A DNA stretch of 40,510 nucleotides from a virus (Duplodnaviria; Caudoviricetes): positions 1-40,510 of the IMG/VR virus record IMGVR_UViG_3300004633_000007; one strand, 5' to 3'. The position numbers were made by a program, and so were the translations under genes. Shown one piece after another: positions 19,002 through 28,569 of this stretch (position 1 is its first letter; each line of letters begins with the position of its first letter). The notes beneath the pieces were generated by a model. That model worked only from the letters and a program-made list of their open reading frames with translations, was not told the origin of the DNA and searched no databases.

Positions 19002-20397
19002 GTTGCTGTGGCGCGACCACAACCGGATCGCCGAGTTTTTTCCCGATGAGGGCCCGTTCCGCCGCGAGCTTTACAAACCGCATTGCGAATTCTTTGCCGC
19101 TGGCGCTAAATACCGGACAAGATTGCTACTTGCTGGAAATCGTACGGGAAAAACTGTCGCCGGCGCGTACGAACTCGCCACGCACTTGACCGGCCAGTAT
19201 CCGAGTTGGTGGACGGGGAAACGGTTTACTGCGCCGGTCAAGGCCGTGGCGGCGAGCGACACGGGGAAATTGACGCGCGAAGTCGTTCAGCAAGAGTTAC
19301 TTGGCCAGCCGGGACGGATCGGAACCGGCATGGTGCCATATGACGCCATCACCAAGACGACGATGCGCGGGGGCGTGACGGACGCTGTCGATACATGCTA
19401 TGTAAAGCACATCAGCGGCGGATACAGCACGTTGATCTTCAAAAGCTATGAGCAGGGCCGGGAGAGTTTTCAGGGTTTGAGTCTGGAGGTCGCGTGGTGC
19501 GACGAAGAGTTAAGTTCTGAGTTGTTTGATGAAATTCTGACACGCACAGCTACGACTTCGGGCGTCTGTTTTATAACGTTTACGCCGTTACAAGGATTGA
19601 CACCGTTAATTCAGCGCTTCCTGCCGGGTGGAGTAGCCACTGTGGAAGCGCTTGGCGGCACCGCGCATGTAACTACCTGCACTTGGGACGAGATCCCTCA
19701 TCTCAGCGAGGAGACGAAGCAGGAACTCCTTAGCGTTTATCCGCCATACCAGAGGGCGGCCCGGTCGAAAGGCGTGCCCACGCTCGGCGCTGGCGCTATC
19801 TATGCGGTACTGCCGGAAGAGGACATCGTTGTGCCGGACTTCGCGATACCGGATCACTGGCCGCGGGCCTATGGTCTGGACGTCGGATGGTCGAAGACGG
19901 CTGCGGTGTTCTGCGCCAAGAACCGCGACACCGACACGCTGTACATTTACGCCGAGCACTACCGCGGCGAGGCCGAGCCCGTGATCCACGCTGAGGCGAT
20001 CAAGGCCCGGGGCGCGTGGATTCCCGGCGCGATAGACCCAGCAGCCCGTGGGCGGTCGCAGGTCGATGGGCGGCAGCTTTTGCAGATGTATCAGGATTTG
20101 GGCCTGCATCTCACAGACGCGGACAACGCCGTAGAATCTGGCATCTACCAGATACTCATGCGCCAGAGTACCGGGCGTCTGAAGGTATTCCGCTCATGCC
20201 AGAACTTCATGGGCGAATGGCGCTTGTACCGGCGCGACGAGAAGGGCCGGATTATCAAGGAGAATGACCACGGGTTGGACGCCCTGCGCTACGTGCACTC
20301 GGTATGGGATCAAATCGCCAAGCCCGTGCCCGCCAAGCCGAAGGTCGAAAACGTCTACGTTACGCCAAGTTCATTTTCAACAGGATGGATGGGATGA
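18946..20397 (+). CDS. terL: Terminase large subunit
   Basis: GNRTGKT, WCDEE, TFTPLQG, GLDVG, DHGLDALRY. Confidence 0.95.
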   Translation: MVTASTLKACSDLATVRAELLWRDHNRIAEFFPDEGPFRRELYKPHCEFFAAGAKYRTRLLLAGNRTGKTVAGAYELATHLTGQYPSWWTGKRFTAPVKAVAASDTGKLTREVVQQELLGQPGRIGTGMVPYDAITKTTMRGGVTDAVDTCYVKHISGGYSTLIFKSYEQGRESFQGLSLEVAWCDEELSSELFDEILTRTATTSGVCFITFTPLQGLTPLIQRFLPGGVATVEALGGTAHVTTCTWDEIPHLSEETKQELLSVYPPYQRAARSKGVPTLGAGAIYAVLPEEDIVVPDFAIPDHWPRAYGLDVGWSKTAAVFCAKNRDTDTLYIYAEHYRGEAEPVIHAEAIKARGAWIPGAIDPAARGRSQVDGRQLLQMYQDLGLHLTDADNAVESGIYQILMRQSTGRLKVFRSCQNFMGEWRLYRRDEKGRIIKENDHGLDALRYVHSVWDQIAKPVPAKPKVENVYVTPSSFSTGWMG

Positions 20398-20684
20398 CAC
20401 AGCAACCCCCGCAAGCCGCGCCGCACGCCGCCGCGCCACCCAAAGAACAAACGACGAAAGCGCCGCAAGGCAAATCGACGACCAGCGAGCTGCAGGTCTG
20501 GACGGTCGACGCGGACGATCACATCCTCCTGCGCATCGACCGCAAAGACCCGCTGCGGCAGAAGATATTCACGGTGATCAGCGACCTGCTCGCCGCCGAG
20601 CACCGCGACGCCGAGATGTCGCGCGCGCGCGCGATGGCGCAGGTCGCCATGCCGGAAGCGCTGCCGAGGCCGAATCCGGCGTAG
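20394..20684 (+). CDS. Hypothetical protein
   Basis: ATGA coupling with terL. Confidence 0.5.
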   Translation: MTQQPPQAAPHAAAPPKEQTTKAPQGKSTTSELQVWTVDADDHILLRIDRKDPLRQKIFTVISDLLAAEHRDAEMSRARAMAQVAMPEALPRPNPA

Positions 20685-20710
20685 GTGGCTCACAGGATGA
20701 TCCCGTCTCC

Positions 20711-20971
20711 GTGACAGCAAAATCCGTTTGCGAGTCCCTGGCGGCCCGCGACCCCCAGACGCCGGAGGAGTGGCGCGAGGCGGTCGAGAGCGCGGTCATC
20801 GCGCTCGATATCGCGCCATTTGTCAACGGCGTCGGGATGCGGATCGACCGCGAGCGCTGCCATGAGATCATCGCCGAAGGCGAGCGCCGCGGCTACAAGC
20901 CGCCGCCGCACCTGACGGCGCGCGAGGTCGCGATCTGGATGATGGAGTGGAGAAGCTGGTTCGGAGAGTGA
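20711..20971 (+). CDS. Hypothetical protein (start uncertain)
   Basis: Protein-like C-terminal part of ORF 20264..20971. Confidence 0.4.
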   Translation: MTAKSVCESLAARDPQTPEEWREAVESAVIALDIAPFVNGVGMRIDRERCHEIIAEGERRGYKPPPHLTAREVAIWMMEWRSWFGE

Positions 20972-21040
20972 GGTAAGGAGCGGGCCGAGTATTTGAGGAA
21001 TCTGCGACCCGCTCAAGGACTCTTACAGAGGCAATATAGC

Positions 21041-21274
21041 ATGAACACCGCATCGAACGCCGCCGGCTTACGCCGCTCGACGGCCAAGGCCGCGCCGCCC
21101 GACGACGACGAAACGCCGCCGCCGGCGCCCAAGGGCAAGAAGGCCGCGGCCAAGATTAAGGCCACGATGGGCGAGTACAAGGAAGGCGCGCTCAAGAGCG
21201 GCTCGGGAGCGCCGGTGACGTCGAAAGCCCAGGCGGTCGCGATCGCGCTCAACCAGGCGCGCAAGGCGAAGTAG
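21041..21274 (+). CDS. Small basic protein (DUF6496-like)
   Basis: M.EYK.G.LKSGSG..VTS..QAVAIAL..AR motif. Confidence 0.7.
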   Translation: MNTASNAAGLRRSTAKAAPPDDDETPPPAPKGKKAAAKIKATMGEYKEGALKSGSGAPVTSKAQAVAIALNQARKAK

Positions 21275-21275
21275 C

Positions 21276-21473
21276 ATGGACCTCATTTCGCTGTTGATCG
21301 TGCTCATCATCGTCGGCGTGATCCTGTATCTGGTGCAGACCTACATCCCGCTTGCGCCGCCGATCAAGACCATCATCAACGTCGTGGTCGTGCTGGTGCT
21401 GATTCTGTGGCTGCTCAATGTATTCGGCGTGGGCACGTACCGCATCGGGCGCCCGGTCGTGACCCGTCCCTGA
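21276..21473 (+). CDS. Two-TM membrane protein (Thivi_2564-like; holin candidate)
   Basis: Two hydrophobic helices around YIPL..PIK. Confidence 0.65.
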   Translation: MDLISLLIVLIIVGVILYLVQTYIPLAPPIKTIINVVVVLVLILWLLNVFGVGTYRIGRPVVTRP

Positions 21474-21611
21474 ACTACGCCCTCCCGCAGAGAGCGGGCG
21501 CAGGCCCGGCCTTAGCGCGGGGCGCGCCCCGGCCATGAGTAAGTCCGGTGGGGGGCAAAGACGTGAGCGCCAAGCAGAACGCAATAATCGGCGCGGCGCT
21601 GCTACTGGTCG

Positions 21612-21773
21612 CTATCGTGGTGGTCTGGGTGATGCTGCATTTGAGGCTGCATCACTCTTTTTAGGGCGTCCGCCGAGCTTGCCGTTCTTGCGTACCGCTT
21701 CGGTTTTCGCCTTGCTGCGCACGGAGCCGCCGCGGCGACCCATGAGGGCCGCCGCTTTCTGGATCTCAGTCAT
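21612..21773 (-). CDS. Small basic GRRGG..NGKLGGRP protein; not in ORF track
   Basis: Hand translation MTEIQKAAALMGRRGGSVRSKAKTEAVRKNGKLGGRPKK... Confidence 0.65.
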   Translation of the reverse strand: MTEIQKAAALMGRRGGSVRSKAKTEAVRKNGKLGGRPKKSDAASNAASPRPPR

Positions 21774-21876
21774 GATCCGCTCACTATGTCGTAGATCATG
21801 TCAATGACCGCGATTGTGGAGCATACCAATGCAATCACATACCACGTAGTCACGATTGGACCGTACTCGAAATATT

Positions 21877-22089
21877 TCATTGGATGCGATGGCCTTTCTT
21901 GTGGCCGTTCGTTGGTCCGTGGCCGAGCGATCGAATGAAGCGCTCGAGCGTGTGCTCAGTTTTTTTCTGGCTTTTCTGAACCTCGTTCAGCAGTTTCATT
22001 CCGGTTTTTATCAATTGGCGAATAGCGGCGATTTCGCGATCATGCTGCGCGATGCGGCGATCAAGCGCAGACAGCGTTTGTTTGGGCAC
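21877..22089 (-). CDS. Coiled-coil moron protein
   Basis: 70 aa; TATAAT 5 nt before the GTG start. Confidence 0.65.
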   Translation of the reverse strand: MPKQTLSALDRRIAQHDREIAAIRQLIKTGMKLLNEVQKSQKKTEHTLERFIRSLGHGPTNGHKKGHRIQ

Positions 22090-22116
22090 GTCTCATTATA
22101 CCAAGTCGCTTAGGTT

Positions 22117-24390
22117 ATGACCCCCACCAGCGCCCCGGCGAACGGCGGCTTTCTGCGCACGGCCCTCGGCCGCATTCGCGACGCCATCGCTCCGGGCTAC
22201 CGCACGTTGAGCACGGGCTCTACGACTGCATATGCGCGCGACGTCGAGGACGATAAGCCGCCGGCCAACGACGACGACTTCATCAAGCTTGCGCTTGAGC
22301 GCTTCCACATGGTCGCCGAGGCCGAGGACGAAGTGCGGCGCCAGATGTTGGACGACCTGGAGTTCTACGCCGGCGATCAGTGGGACGACACCGTCAAGCG
22401 CTCGCGCGAGATGGACAAGCGCCCGTGCCTGACCGTAAACCGCCTTCCGCAGTTCGTCCATCAGGTTTCAAACCAGATCAGGCAGAACGCGCCCAGCGTG
22501 AAGGTGTCGCCCGTCGATAGCGAGGGCGACATCGAGACGGCCGAGATCATCCAGGGGCTGTACCGCCACATCGAAACGCAGAGTAACGCCACCGCCGTGC
22601 GCAGCTATGCGTCGTTCTACCAGATCGTCAGCGGGCGCGGCTATTACCGCATCCTGACGAAGCGCGCCGACCCGTACAGCTTCGACCAGGAAATCATCAT
22701 CCAGCGCATCAAGAATCCGGCCACGGTGTATATCGACCCTACGGCGCAGGAGCCGGATTACAGCGATGCCAAATGGGCGTTCATCGTCGAAGACCTGACG
22801 CGCGCCGAGTTCAAGGCGCAATATCCGGAACAGTCGAGCGCCGGCGAAGAGTTCCGCAGCGTCGGCGACAGCGATCCCGACTGGGCGTCGAAGGACTCGA
22901 TCCGCGTGGCCGAATATTTCACGCGCGACCTGGAGCAGGTCGAAGTCGGCATGTTGGCCGATGGCTCCGTCATCCGCATGGAGAACCTGCTGCCGGGGAC
23001 GCAGATCGTCGCCACGCGCACGGCGACCGTCCCGCGCGTGAAGTGGTCGAAGATCACCTGTTACGAAGTGCTCGAGCGCCGCGACTGGCCGGGACGGTGG
23101 ATACCCATCGTCCCCGTGCTCGGCGAGGAGTTCGACGAGGACGGCAAGACGCAACTGCTCGGGATGGTGCGCAATGCCAAAGACCCGCAGCGGATGCTCA
23201 ACTACTGGGAATCCGCGAAGACCGAGACGATCGCGCTCGCGCCGCGCGCGCCCTATGTCGCCGCCGAAGGGCAACTCGAGAACCATGAGAAGGAATGGGC
23301 GCAGGCCAATACGCGCAACTTCGCGTATCTCACCTACAAGCCCATGAGCCTGAGCGGCGCTCTGATGCCGCCCCCGCAGCGCCAGGTGTACGAGCCGCCC
23401 ATCCAGGCCATATCGCTCGCCGAAGGCGCGGCCATCGATCACATGAAGGCCGCGACCGGCATCTACGATGCCTCGCTCGGCAACCGCAGCAACGAAACCA
23501 GCGGCATCGCCATCCGGCAGCGGCAGTCGGAAGGCGATGTCGCCAATTACCACTTCCTCGACAACCTGAATACGGCGATCACCTACGAGGCTAAGATCGT
23601 CATCGACCTGATCCCCTACATCTACGACCGCCCCGGGCGCGTGATCCGCATCATCGGCGAGGAGGGCAGCGAACGCCAGGTGATGACCACGAGCGCCGCG
23701 CAGCCCGTTCCCGGCGAGGCGCTTCAGCAGTTTCAGCAGAAGTTCGGCCAGGTGCAGAAGATTTACGACCTGCGCATGGGAAATTACGACATCACGGTCG
23801 ATATCGGCCCGTCCTATGCAACCAAGCGCCAGGCGGCGTCGGACGCGATGCTGCAGTTCGCCAAGGTAGCGCCGGGTCTGCTGCCGCAGTTTGCGGACCT
23901 GATGGTGCAGGCGATGGACTTTCCGATGGCTCAGGAAATCGCCGACAGAATCCGGCCACCCGGCGCAGCACCGCCTGGAAGCCAGCCGCCCATACCGCCG
24001 CAGGCGCAGGCCGCGCTGGCGCAGATGCAACAGCAGAACCAGCAGTTGCAGGCGGTCGTGGGGCAGTTGAGCGACCTGCTGCAAAAGAAGACGCTGGAAC
24101 TCCAGAGCAAGGAGCGGATGCAGACGCAGCAGATCGAGTCCGACGAGCGCATCGCGACGATGCAGACGCAGGCCGAGACGGTGCAGAAGGCTGCGGACAT
24201 CGGAAGCCGCGACAGCATCGCTTTACTCAACGCCGAGATCAACGCGCTCAACGCACGGCTGAAGCAACTAGGGGCGAACCAGCCCGTCGAAGCCGGCGAA
24301 GAGTTGACACCGATCGGCGCCGCACCGCAGGGGCCGCCCAGCAATCCTCCGATGGGACCGGCCCCTGCGGGACCGATAATGCAACCATAA
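22117..24390 (+). CDS. Portal protein (P22 gp1-like)
   Basis: F.AGDQW, RPCLTVNRLPQFV, GMVR.AKDPQRM.NY, SG.AI..RQ; Q-rich barrel tail. Confidence 0.92.
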   Translation: MTPTSAPANGGFLRTALGRIRDAIAPGYRTLSTGSTTAYARDVEDDKPPANDDDFIKLALERFHMVAEAEDEVRRQMLDDLEFYAGDQWDDTVKRSREMDKRPCLTVNRLPQFVHQVSNQIRQNAPSVKVSPVDSEGDIETAEIIQGLYRHIETQSNATAVRSYASFYQIVSGRGYYRILTKRADPYSFDQEIIIQRIKNPATVYIDPTAQEPDYSDAKWAFIVEDLTRAEFKAQYPEQSSAGEEFRSVGDSDPDWASKDSIRVAEYFTRDLEQVEVGMLADGSVIRMENLLPGTQIVATRTATVPRVKWSKITCYEVLERRDWPGRWIPIVPVLGEEFDEDGKTQLLGMVRNAKDPQRMLNYWESAKTETIALAPRAPYVAAEGQLENHEKEWAQANTRNFAYLTYKPMSLSGALMPPPQRQVYEPPIQAISLAEGAAIDHMKAATGIYDASLGNRSNETSGIAIRQRQSEGDVANYHFLDNLNTAITYEAKIVIDLIPYIYDRPGRVIRIIGEEGSERQVMTTSAAQPVPGEALQQFQQKFGQVQKIYDLRMGNYDITVDIGPSYATKRQAASDAMLQFAKVAPGLLPQFADLMVQAMDFPMAQEIADRIRPPGAAPPGSQPPIPPQAQAALAQMQQQNQQLQAVVGQLSDLLQKKTLELQSKERMQTQQIESDERIATMQTQAETVQKAADIGSRDSIALLNAEINALNARLKQLGANQPVEAGEELTPIGAAPQGPPSNPPMGPAPAGPIMQP

Positions 24391-24397
24391 TGCAACC

Positions 24398-24583
24398 ATG
24401 AGAATCGTCGAGATCGCCGTCCCGCACTATCAGGCCGCGCCGGATAAGCTGCAGCGCGTCAAAGGCGACCTGATCGTCGTGTCCGACGAAGAGGCCGCGC
24501 GCCTGGTGAAAGATGGAACGGCGAAGTGGTATACGGCGCGACCGGAGCGGAAGAAGGAAGACGGGATGGACCAGCACGAGTAA
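24398..24583 (+). CDS. Small protein whose stop codon is supplied by the IS end
   Basis: 61 aa; TAA 24581-24583 lies in the IS right end. Confidence 0.5.
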   Translation: MRIVEIAVPHYQAAPDKLQRVKGDLIVVSDEEAARLVKDGTAKWYTARPERKKEDGMDQHE

Positions 24584-25600
24584 ACGACCGCACGCCTAAA
24601 GGCGGCGGCTTTTGACGATATGCGAAACGCTTTTACATCTCGCAGTCATTCGGGCCGGTTTACGGGCGCGGTGTTTTGCGTCTTGGGCGACCCCGCCTCT
24701 GGCGACGTTCACGGCCGCATTGCTGTCGGCGTGGACCTTGCCACAGGTTGTACACGAGAACACGTCGCCGCGCCTGACGCCCAGGACTCCGCAGGTGGCG
24801 CAAGTCTGGCTGGTGTAGGCGGGCTCGACGTATTCGATTTTGATTCCGGAACGGGCGGCCTTATAGGCGACAAAGGCCTGAAGCTGCGCGAAGGACCAGC
24901 CCGCAACCATGCGGTTGCTGTGCTTATTCCAGATCTTGCATCGTTTCCGAATGCCTGCGAGCCGTTCCATGCGGATGGTTCCGCATTGTGTGCCTTCGGC
25001 TTCGGTAACGATGGCCTTACTGAGGTTGTGGTTCTCCCAGGTAATGCGGCGGCGTTCCCGCCCCGATTGTCGACGCAGCGCCTTGCGTGCGCGGCGATTG
25101 TTCCTCGATTGCAGCGATGCGCGGATCTTGTGGCGCTGTTCCTTGAACTGCTGCCTAGCCGCTCCCGAATGCAGCGTGCCGTTGGAGGTAGCGGCAGTGT
25201 TGCGGATTCCCAGGTCGACTCCCATCGGCGGGCCGGTCACAGGTGGCGCTTCTGGAACCACGCACGTCGCCATCAGATACCACTCGCCGCGGACCAACGC
25301 GAGATCGCTCTCGCCTTTTTGCGTGGCGAGCAGTTTCCGTTGCCGTTCACCGCACACGAATGGAATTGTGAGCCTTCCGTCAAGCGACCAGATCGAGACC
25401 GCCGAACTGCCGTAACGGAGAATGCGGGCGTCATAGGCGGCCGAGCCGGTGGGCCGGAAGTCACGCCGCGCTTCCCGGTCCAGCTTGTAGGAGTCCGCGA
25501 CCTTCGAGATTGCGCGGACCGCGGCTTGCGCGGACAACGCGAAGCGGACGCGGACCGTGCGGTAACACAGTTTGTGGATGGCGAACTGGGCGGATTCAGT
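24580..25600 (-). mobile_element. IS200/IS605-family remnant (tnpB plus right end, no tnpA, left end missing)
   Basis: Minus strand ends AAGCCGCCGCCTTTAGGCGTGCGGTCGTTTAC (hairpin plus TTTAC), typical of IS605 right ends. Confidence 0.7.
24596..25537 (-). pseudogene. tnpB: TnpB, N-terminally truncated, RuvC D-E-D intact
   Basis: GVDLG, RMERL, YTSQTCATCG, CTTCG, ADSNAA; homology extends upstream (FAIHKLCY..VR.RF.LSAQ) with no ATG/GTG/TTG start. Confidence 0.8.
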
Positions 25601-25642
25601 GCAGGCAATGCTTAGAGGCGAGCGAGTTGCCGCCGGATCTGG

Positions 25643-25846
25643 CTACGGTGTTCGAGTGACTCGGCAATGCGCCAGCGCTTTGGTCACCGACGGCTGGAGC
25701 CGGCCGCATTTCGGGCAGGGCGTGACGATGGGCGGCCGTCCGCCGAGTTTCCCGGCTTCGCGCGGTTGATTGCGTTCCTTATCCTTGGCCCAGCGCAGGC
25801 GTACCAGCGCCTGCGCCGCTTTGTTTGGCTTACTGTTTCGGGCCAT
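25643..25846 (-). CDS. Small basic GKLGGRP protein with C-terminal CxxC
   Basis: 67 aa; motif shared with 21612 and 30017. Confidence 0.6.
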   Translation of the reverse strand: MARNSKPNKAAQALVRLRWAKDKERNQPREAGKLGGRPPIVTPCPKCGRLQPSVTKALAHCRVTRTP

Positions 25847-26054
25847 GTCCTTCGAGTTTCTTCAAGCGCTGATCGAGATATTCATATTCAAGATCGAGTT
25901 CGCGAAGCAGCGCCCGGTTGGTATTCGTTCGCGCTTCCATAGGTGACGCCCACTTGTGAAACTCCGTCAGGAGATTGGTTTCGACACGTTCCAGATCAGC
26001 TTTAGTGGCAAACGTATCGAACATCCACTTCTTGTCGTCTTCAGTCAGACTCAT
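25830..26054 (-). CDS. Coiled-coil moron protein
   Basis: ATKADL motif; TATAAT 6 nt before ATG. Confidence 0.65.
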   Translation of the reverse strand: MSLTEDDKKWMFDTFATKADLERVETNLLTEFHKWASPMEARTNTNRALLRELDLEYEYLDQRLKKLEGHGPKQ

Positions 26055-26100
26055 GGTCTAATTATAAACCGTACGTATAAACCAGTTGATGGAGTTCGTA

Positions 26101-26337
26101 CTAACGCCCGTTTTCGAGTAGCGTATACGCCTCTCCCTCGACGAAGTCGAGCAGCGCCGTGATCCGCTGCGCAGGAAGTTCCAGAGCCTCGGCCACGGCG
26201 TGCGCGCCCAGGCCGTCGGCGAGCAGCGTGACGGCGGCGACCACGGGAACGTCCGTGCCGCGGAACATCCAGGTATCGCCGATGCGCTCGATGCCGGTGT
26301 ATTTGCGCCAGTCAACAGTACTTCGAATTTGTTTCAT
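26101..26337 (-). CDS. DUF433-family protein
   Basis: W.F.GT.VPV..V..L..G....V...L.L....I...L.F pattern. Confidence 0.65.
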   Translation of the reverse strand: MKQIRSTVDWRKYTGIERIGDTWMFRGTDVPVVAAVTLLADGLGAHAVAEALELPAQRITALLDFVEGEAYTLLENGR

Positions 26338-26352
26338 CCCTAGGGAAAGTTT

Positions 26353-27285
26353 ATGTCATTGATGGTTTCATCGACCACGGATTCGCAGGAGTCCGTCAAC
26401 CTCGCCGCCGGCCTCGCCGCCGACGCACCGTCCGATGCGCCGCCCGCCGAAGACACCGTAATAACCGAGCCCGAAGCCGCGAAGCCCAAGGAAGCGCCCG
26501 TCAAGCCTGAGCCTGAACCCGACGAGCCCGAGGAGGGCGAGGAAGAGAAAGAGAAGCCCGAGCCCGAAGAGGACGACAAGGCCAAGCCGCCCGCGCGCAA
26601 GGGCCGCTACGAGCGCCGCATCGACCGGCTCGAGCAGCAGTTGGCTTATGAGCGCAAGATCCGCGAACTGACCGAGCAGTTGCAGGGCCCCCCGCGTGAG
26701 CAACGCGCCGCGCAGCCGCCCGCGCCCGCCGAACGTCCACACCAGGAAGCGTTCCAGAGCTACGAGGAATACATCGAGGCTCTGACGGACTGGAAGGCTG
26801 ACCAGGCGTTCGCGAAGGCCGAGCAGAAGCGGCAAGCGGCGACTGCGCAGGAACAGGCGCAGCAACAGGCCGCGACCTGGCGGTCGCGCGTGGAGCAGGC
26901 CCGCGCAAAGCACGAAGATTTTGACGACGTCCTGGCAGGCACCGAGCACATCATCCTGTCGAAGCCTTTGCAGGACGCCATCGCGACTTCTGAAGACGGC
27001 GCAATGCTCAGTTACGAGCTGGCAAAGCAGCCGCAGGAATTGGAGCGGATCGCATCGCTGCCCCCGTTGGCCGCCATTCGGGCGCTAGGCGCGTTCGAGG
27101 CGAAGATTACGGCTACCAGCAACGGCAAAGCTCCTACGCAAAGACCCGCAGTCAGCCGCGCCCCCGAGCCCATCGAGCCGGTGACGCGCGGCGGCCCGAT
27201 GTCGACGAAGCCCTACGACCAACTCCCCTACCAGGAGTTCAAGCGCAGGCGCGAACGCGACATCGCCGCCGCCAAGGCGCGGTGA
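26353..27285 (+). CDS. Capsid scaffolding protein
   Basis: Acidic/Pro N-terminus, RID.L, YEEYIEAL.DWK, coiled coil; precedes the coat gene. Confidence 0.8.
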   Translation: MSLMVSSTTDSQESVNLAAGLAADAPSDAPPAEDTVITEPEAAKPKEAPVKPEPEPDEPEEGEEEKEKPEPEEDDKAKPPARKGRYERRIDRLEQQLAYERKIRELTEQLQGPPREQRAAQPPAPAERPHQEAFQSYEEYIEALTDWKADQAFAKAEQKRQAATAQEQAQQQAATWRSRVEQARAKHEDFDDVLAGTEHIILSKPLQDAIATSEDGAMLSYELAKQPQELERIASLPPLAAIRALGAFEAKITATSNGKAPTQRPAVSRAPEPIEPVTRGGPMSTKPYDQLPYQEFKRRRERDIAAAKAR

Positions 27286-27341
27286 CTGCAGCTATTCATT
27301 GCTAGGACATCTAGCGTTAGCCGCTAGAAGAGGGTAAGTGT

Positions 27342-28550
27342 ACGCCCAACACGCTTTTAACCATAAGCATGATCACGCGCGAAGCGCTGAGAGTGCTGGA
27401 GAACAACCTCACGTTTACGAAGCATGTCAATAGAAGTTACGACAAAGCCTTCGGCGTCAGCGGCGCAAAGATCGGCACGGTCTTAAACGTCCGCAAGCCG
27501 CCCAAGTACATCGGCCGCACGGGCGCTCCGATATCCATCGAAGACTCGACGGAAACCAGCGTACCCGTCACGCTGACCACGCAGTTCGGCGTCGATATCC
27601 AGTTCTCATCCGCAGAACTGGGCCTGTCGATCGACGACTTCAGCGACCGCTTCCTCAAGCCCGCGATCGCGGTCGTCGCGAACAAGGTGGATTACGACGG
27701 CATGAGTCTGTACAATACCGTGCCCAACAGCATCGGGACGATCGGCAGCCCGCCCACTACGCTGCAACCGTACCTCGATGCCGGGGCGATACTCGACGAC
27801 AACATGGCGCCGCGCGACGGTCTGCGCAGCGCCGTGATTTCGCCCAAGATGCAAGCCACGCTTGTCGGCGGACTGGCCGGCCTGTTCCAGAGCGCCGACA
27901 AGATCGCGAACCAATACGAGTCGGGCACGATGGGGCTGACCGCGGGCTTCAAGTTCTCGATGGATCAGAACACGCGCACGCACACCGGCGGCCCGCTCGG
28001 CGGCGCGCCGATCGTATCCGGCGGCAGCCAGACCGGATCGTCGCTACTGGTGAGCGGCTTTACCGCGGCCGCCGCGCTTCGGTTGCGGAAAGGCGACACG
28101 TTCACGATTACGGGCGTCACTGCCGTCAACGGGCAGAACCGCCAGCCGCTGTCCTATCTGCGCACCTTCACCGTGACTGCGGACGTATCGAGCGACGCAT
28201 CGGGGAACGCCACGATCCCGATCTATCCGCCCATTACGCCGTCAGGCGCGTTCCAGACGGTGACGGCGTCGCCCGCGGCATCGGCGCCGCTGACCCTGAC
28301 GTATACGGCGAGTCAGACATCGCCGCAGGGGCTCGCGTTCCACCGGGATGCGTTTACGCTGGCGTGCGCGGATCTGCCGGTGCCGGGCGGCGTCGATATG
28401 GCGTCGCGGGTGTCGGACGACCAGTTGGGGCTGTCGATTCGCATGGTGAGGCAGTACAACATCAGCACGGATTTATTCCCATGCCGGTTGGACATTCTTT
28501 ACGGTTGGAGTCCGCTCTATCCTGAACTTGCATGCCGCATTCAATCTTAA
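27342..28550 (+). CDS. Major capsid protein (P22 coat-like); apparent ACG start at 27342, first ATG at 27369
   Basis: (M)PNTLLTISMITREAL, KIG.VLNVRKP, FS.R.LKPA, AFHRDAF, RLDILYG. Confidence 0.92.
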   Translation, partial: TPNTLLTISMITREALRVLENNLTFTKHVNRSYDKAFGVSGAKIGTVLNVRKPPKYIGRTGAPISIEDSTETSVPVTLTTQFGVDIQFSSAELGLSIDDFSDRFLKPAIAVVANKVDYDGMSLYNTVPNSIGTIGSPPTTLQPYLDAGAILDDNMAPRDGLRSAVISPKMQATLVGGLAGLFQSADKIANQYESGTMGLTAGFKFSMDQNTRTHTGGPLGGAPIVSGGSQTGSSLLVSGFTAAAALRLRKGDTFTITGVTAVNGQNRQPLSYLRTFTVTADVSSDASGNATIPIYPPITPSGAFQTVTASPAASAPLTLTYTASQTSPQGLAFHRDAFTLACADLPVPGGVDMASRVSDDQLGLSIRMVRQYNISTDLFPCRLDILYGWSPLYPELACRIQS

Positions 28551-28569
28551 GCTAGCGTATGATGGTTGC

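Noticed and set aside
22468-24084. 538-aa minus-strand ORF and similar long shadow ORFs (e.g. 24620..25615, 36641..37492)
   Set aside because: Antisense shadows of GC-rich genes with no motifs.
24376-24397. 11-bp tandem duplication ATAATGCAACC at the portal stop
   Set aside because: Real but most simply a slippage duplication; no further support.
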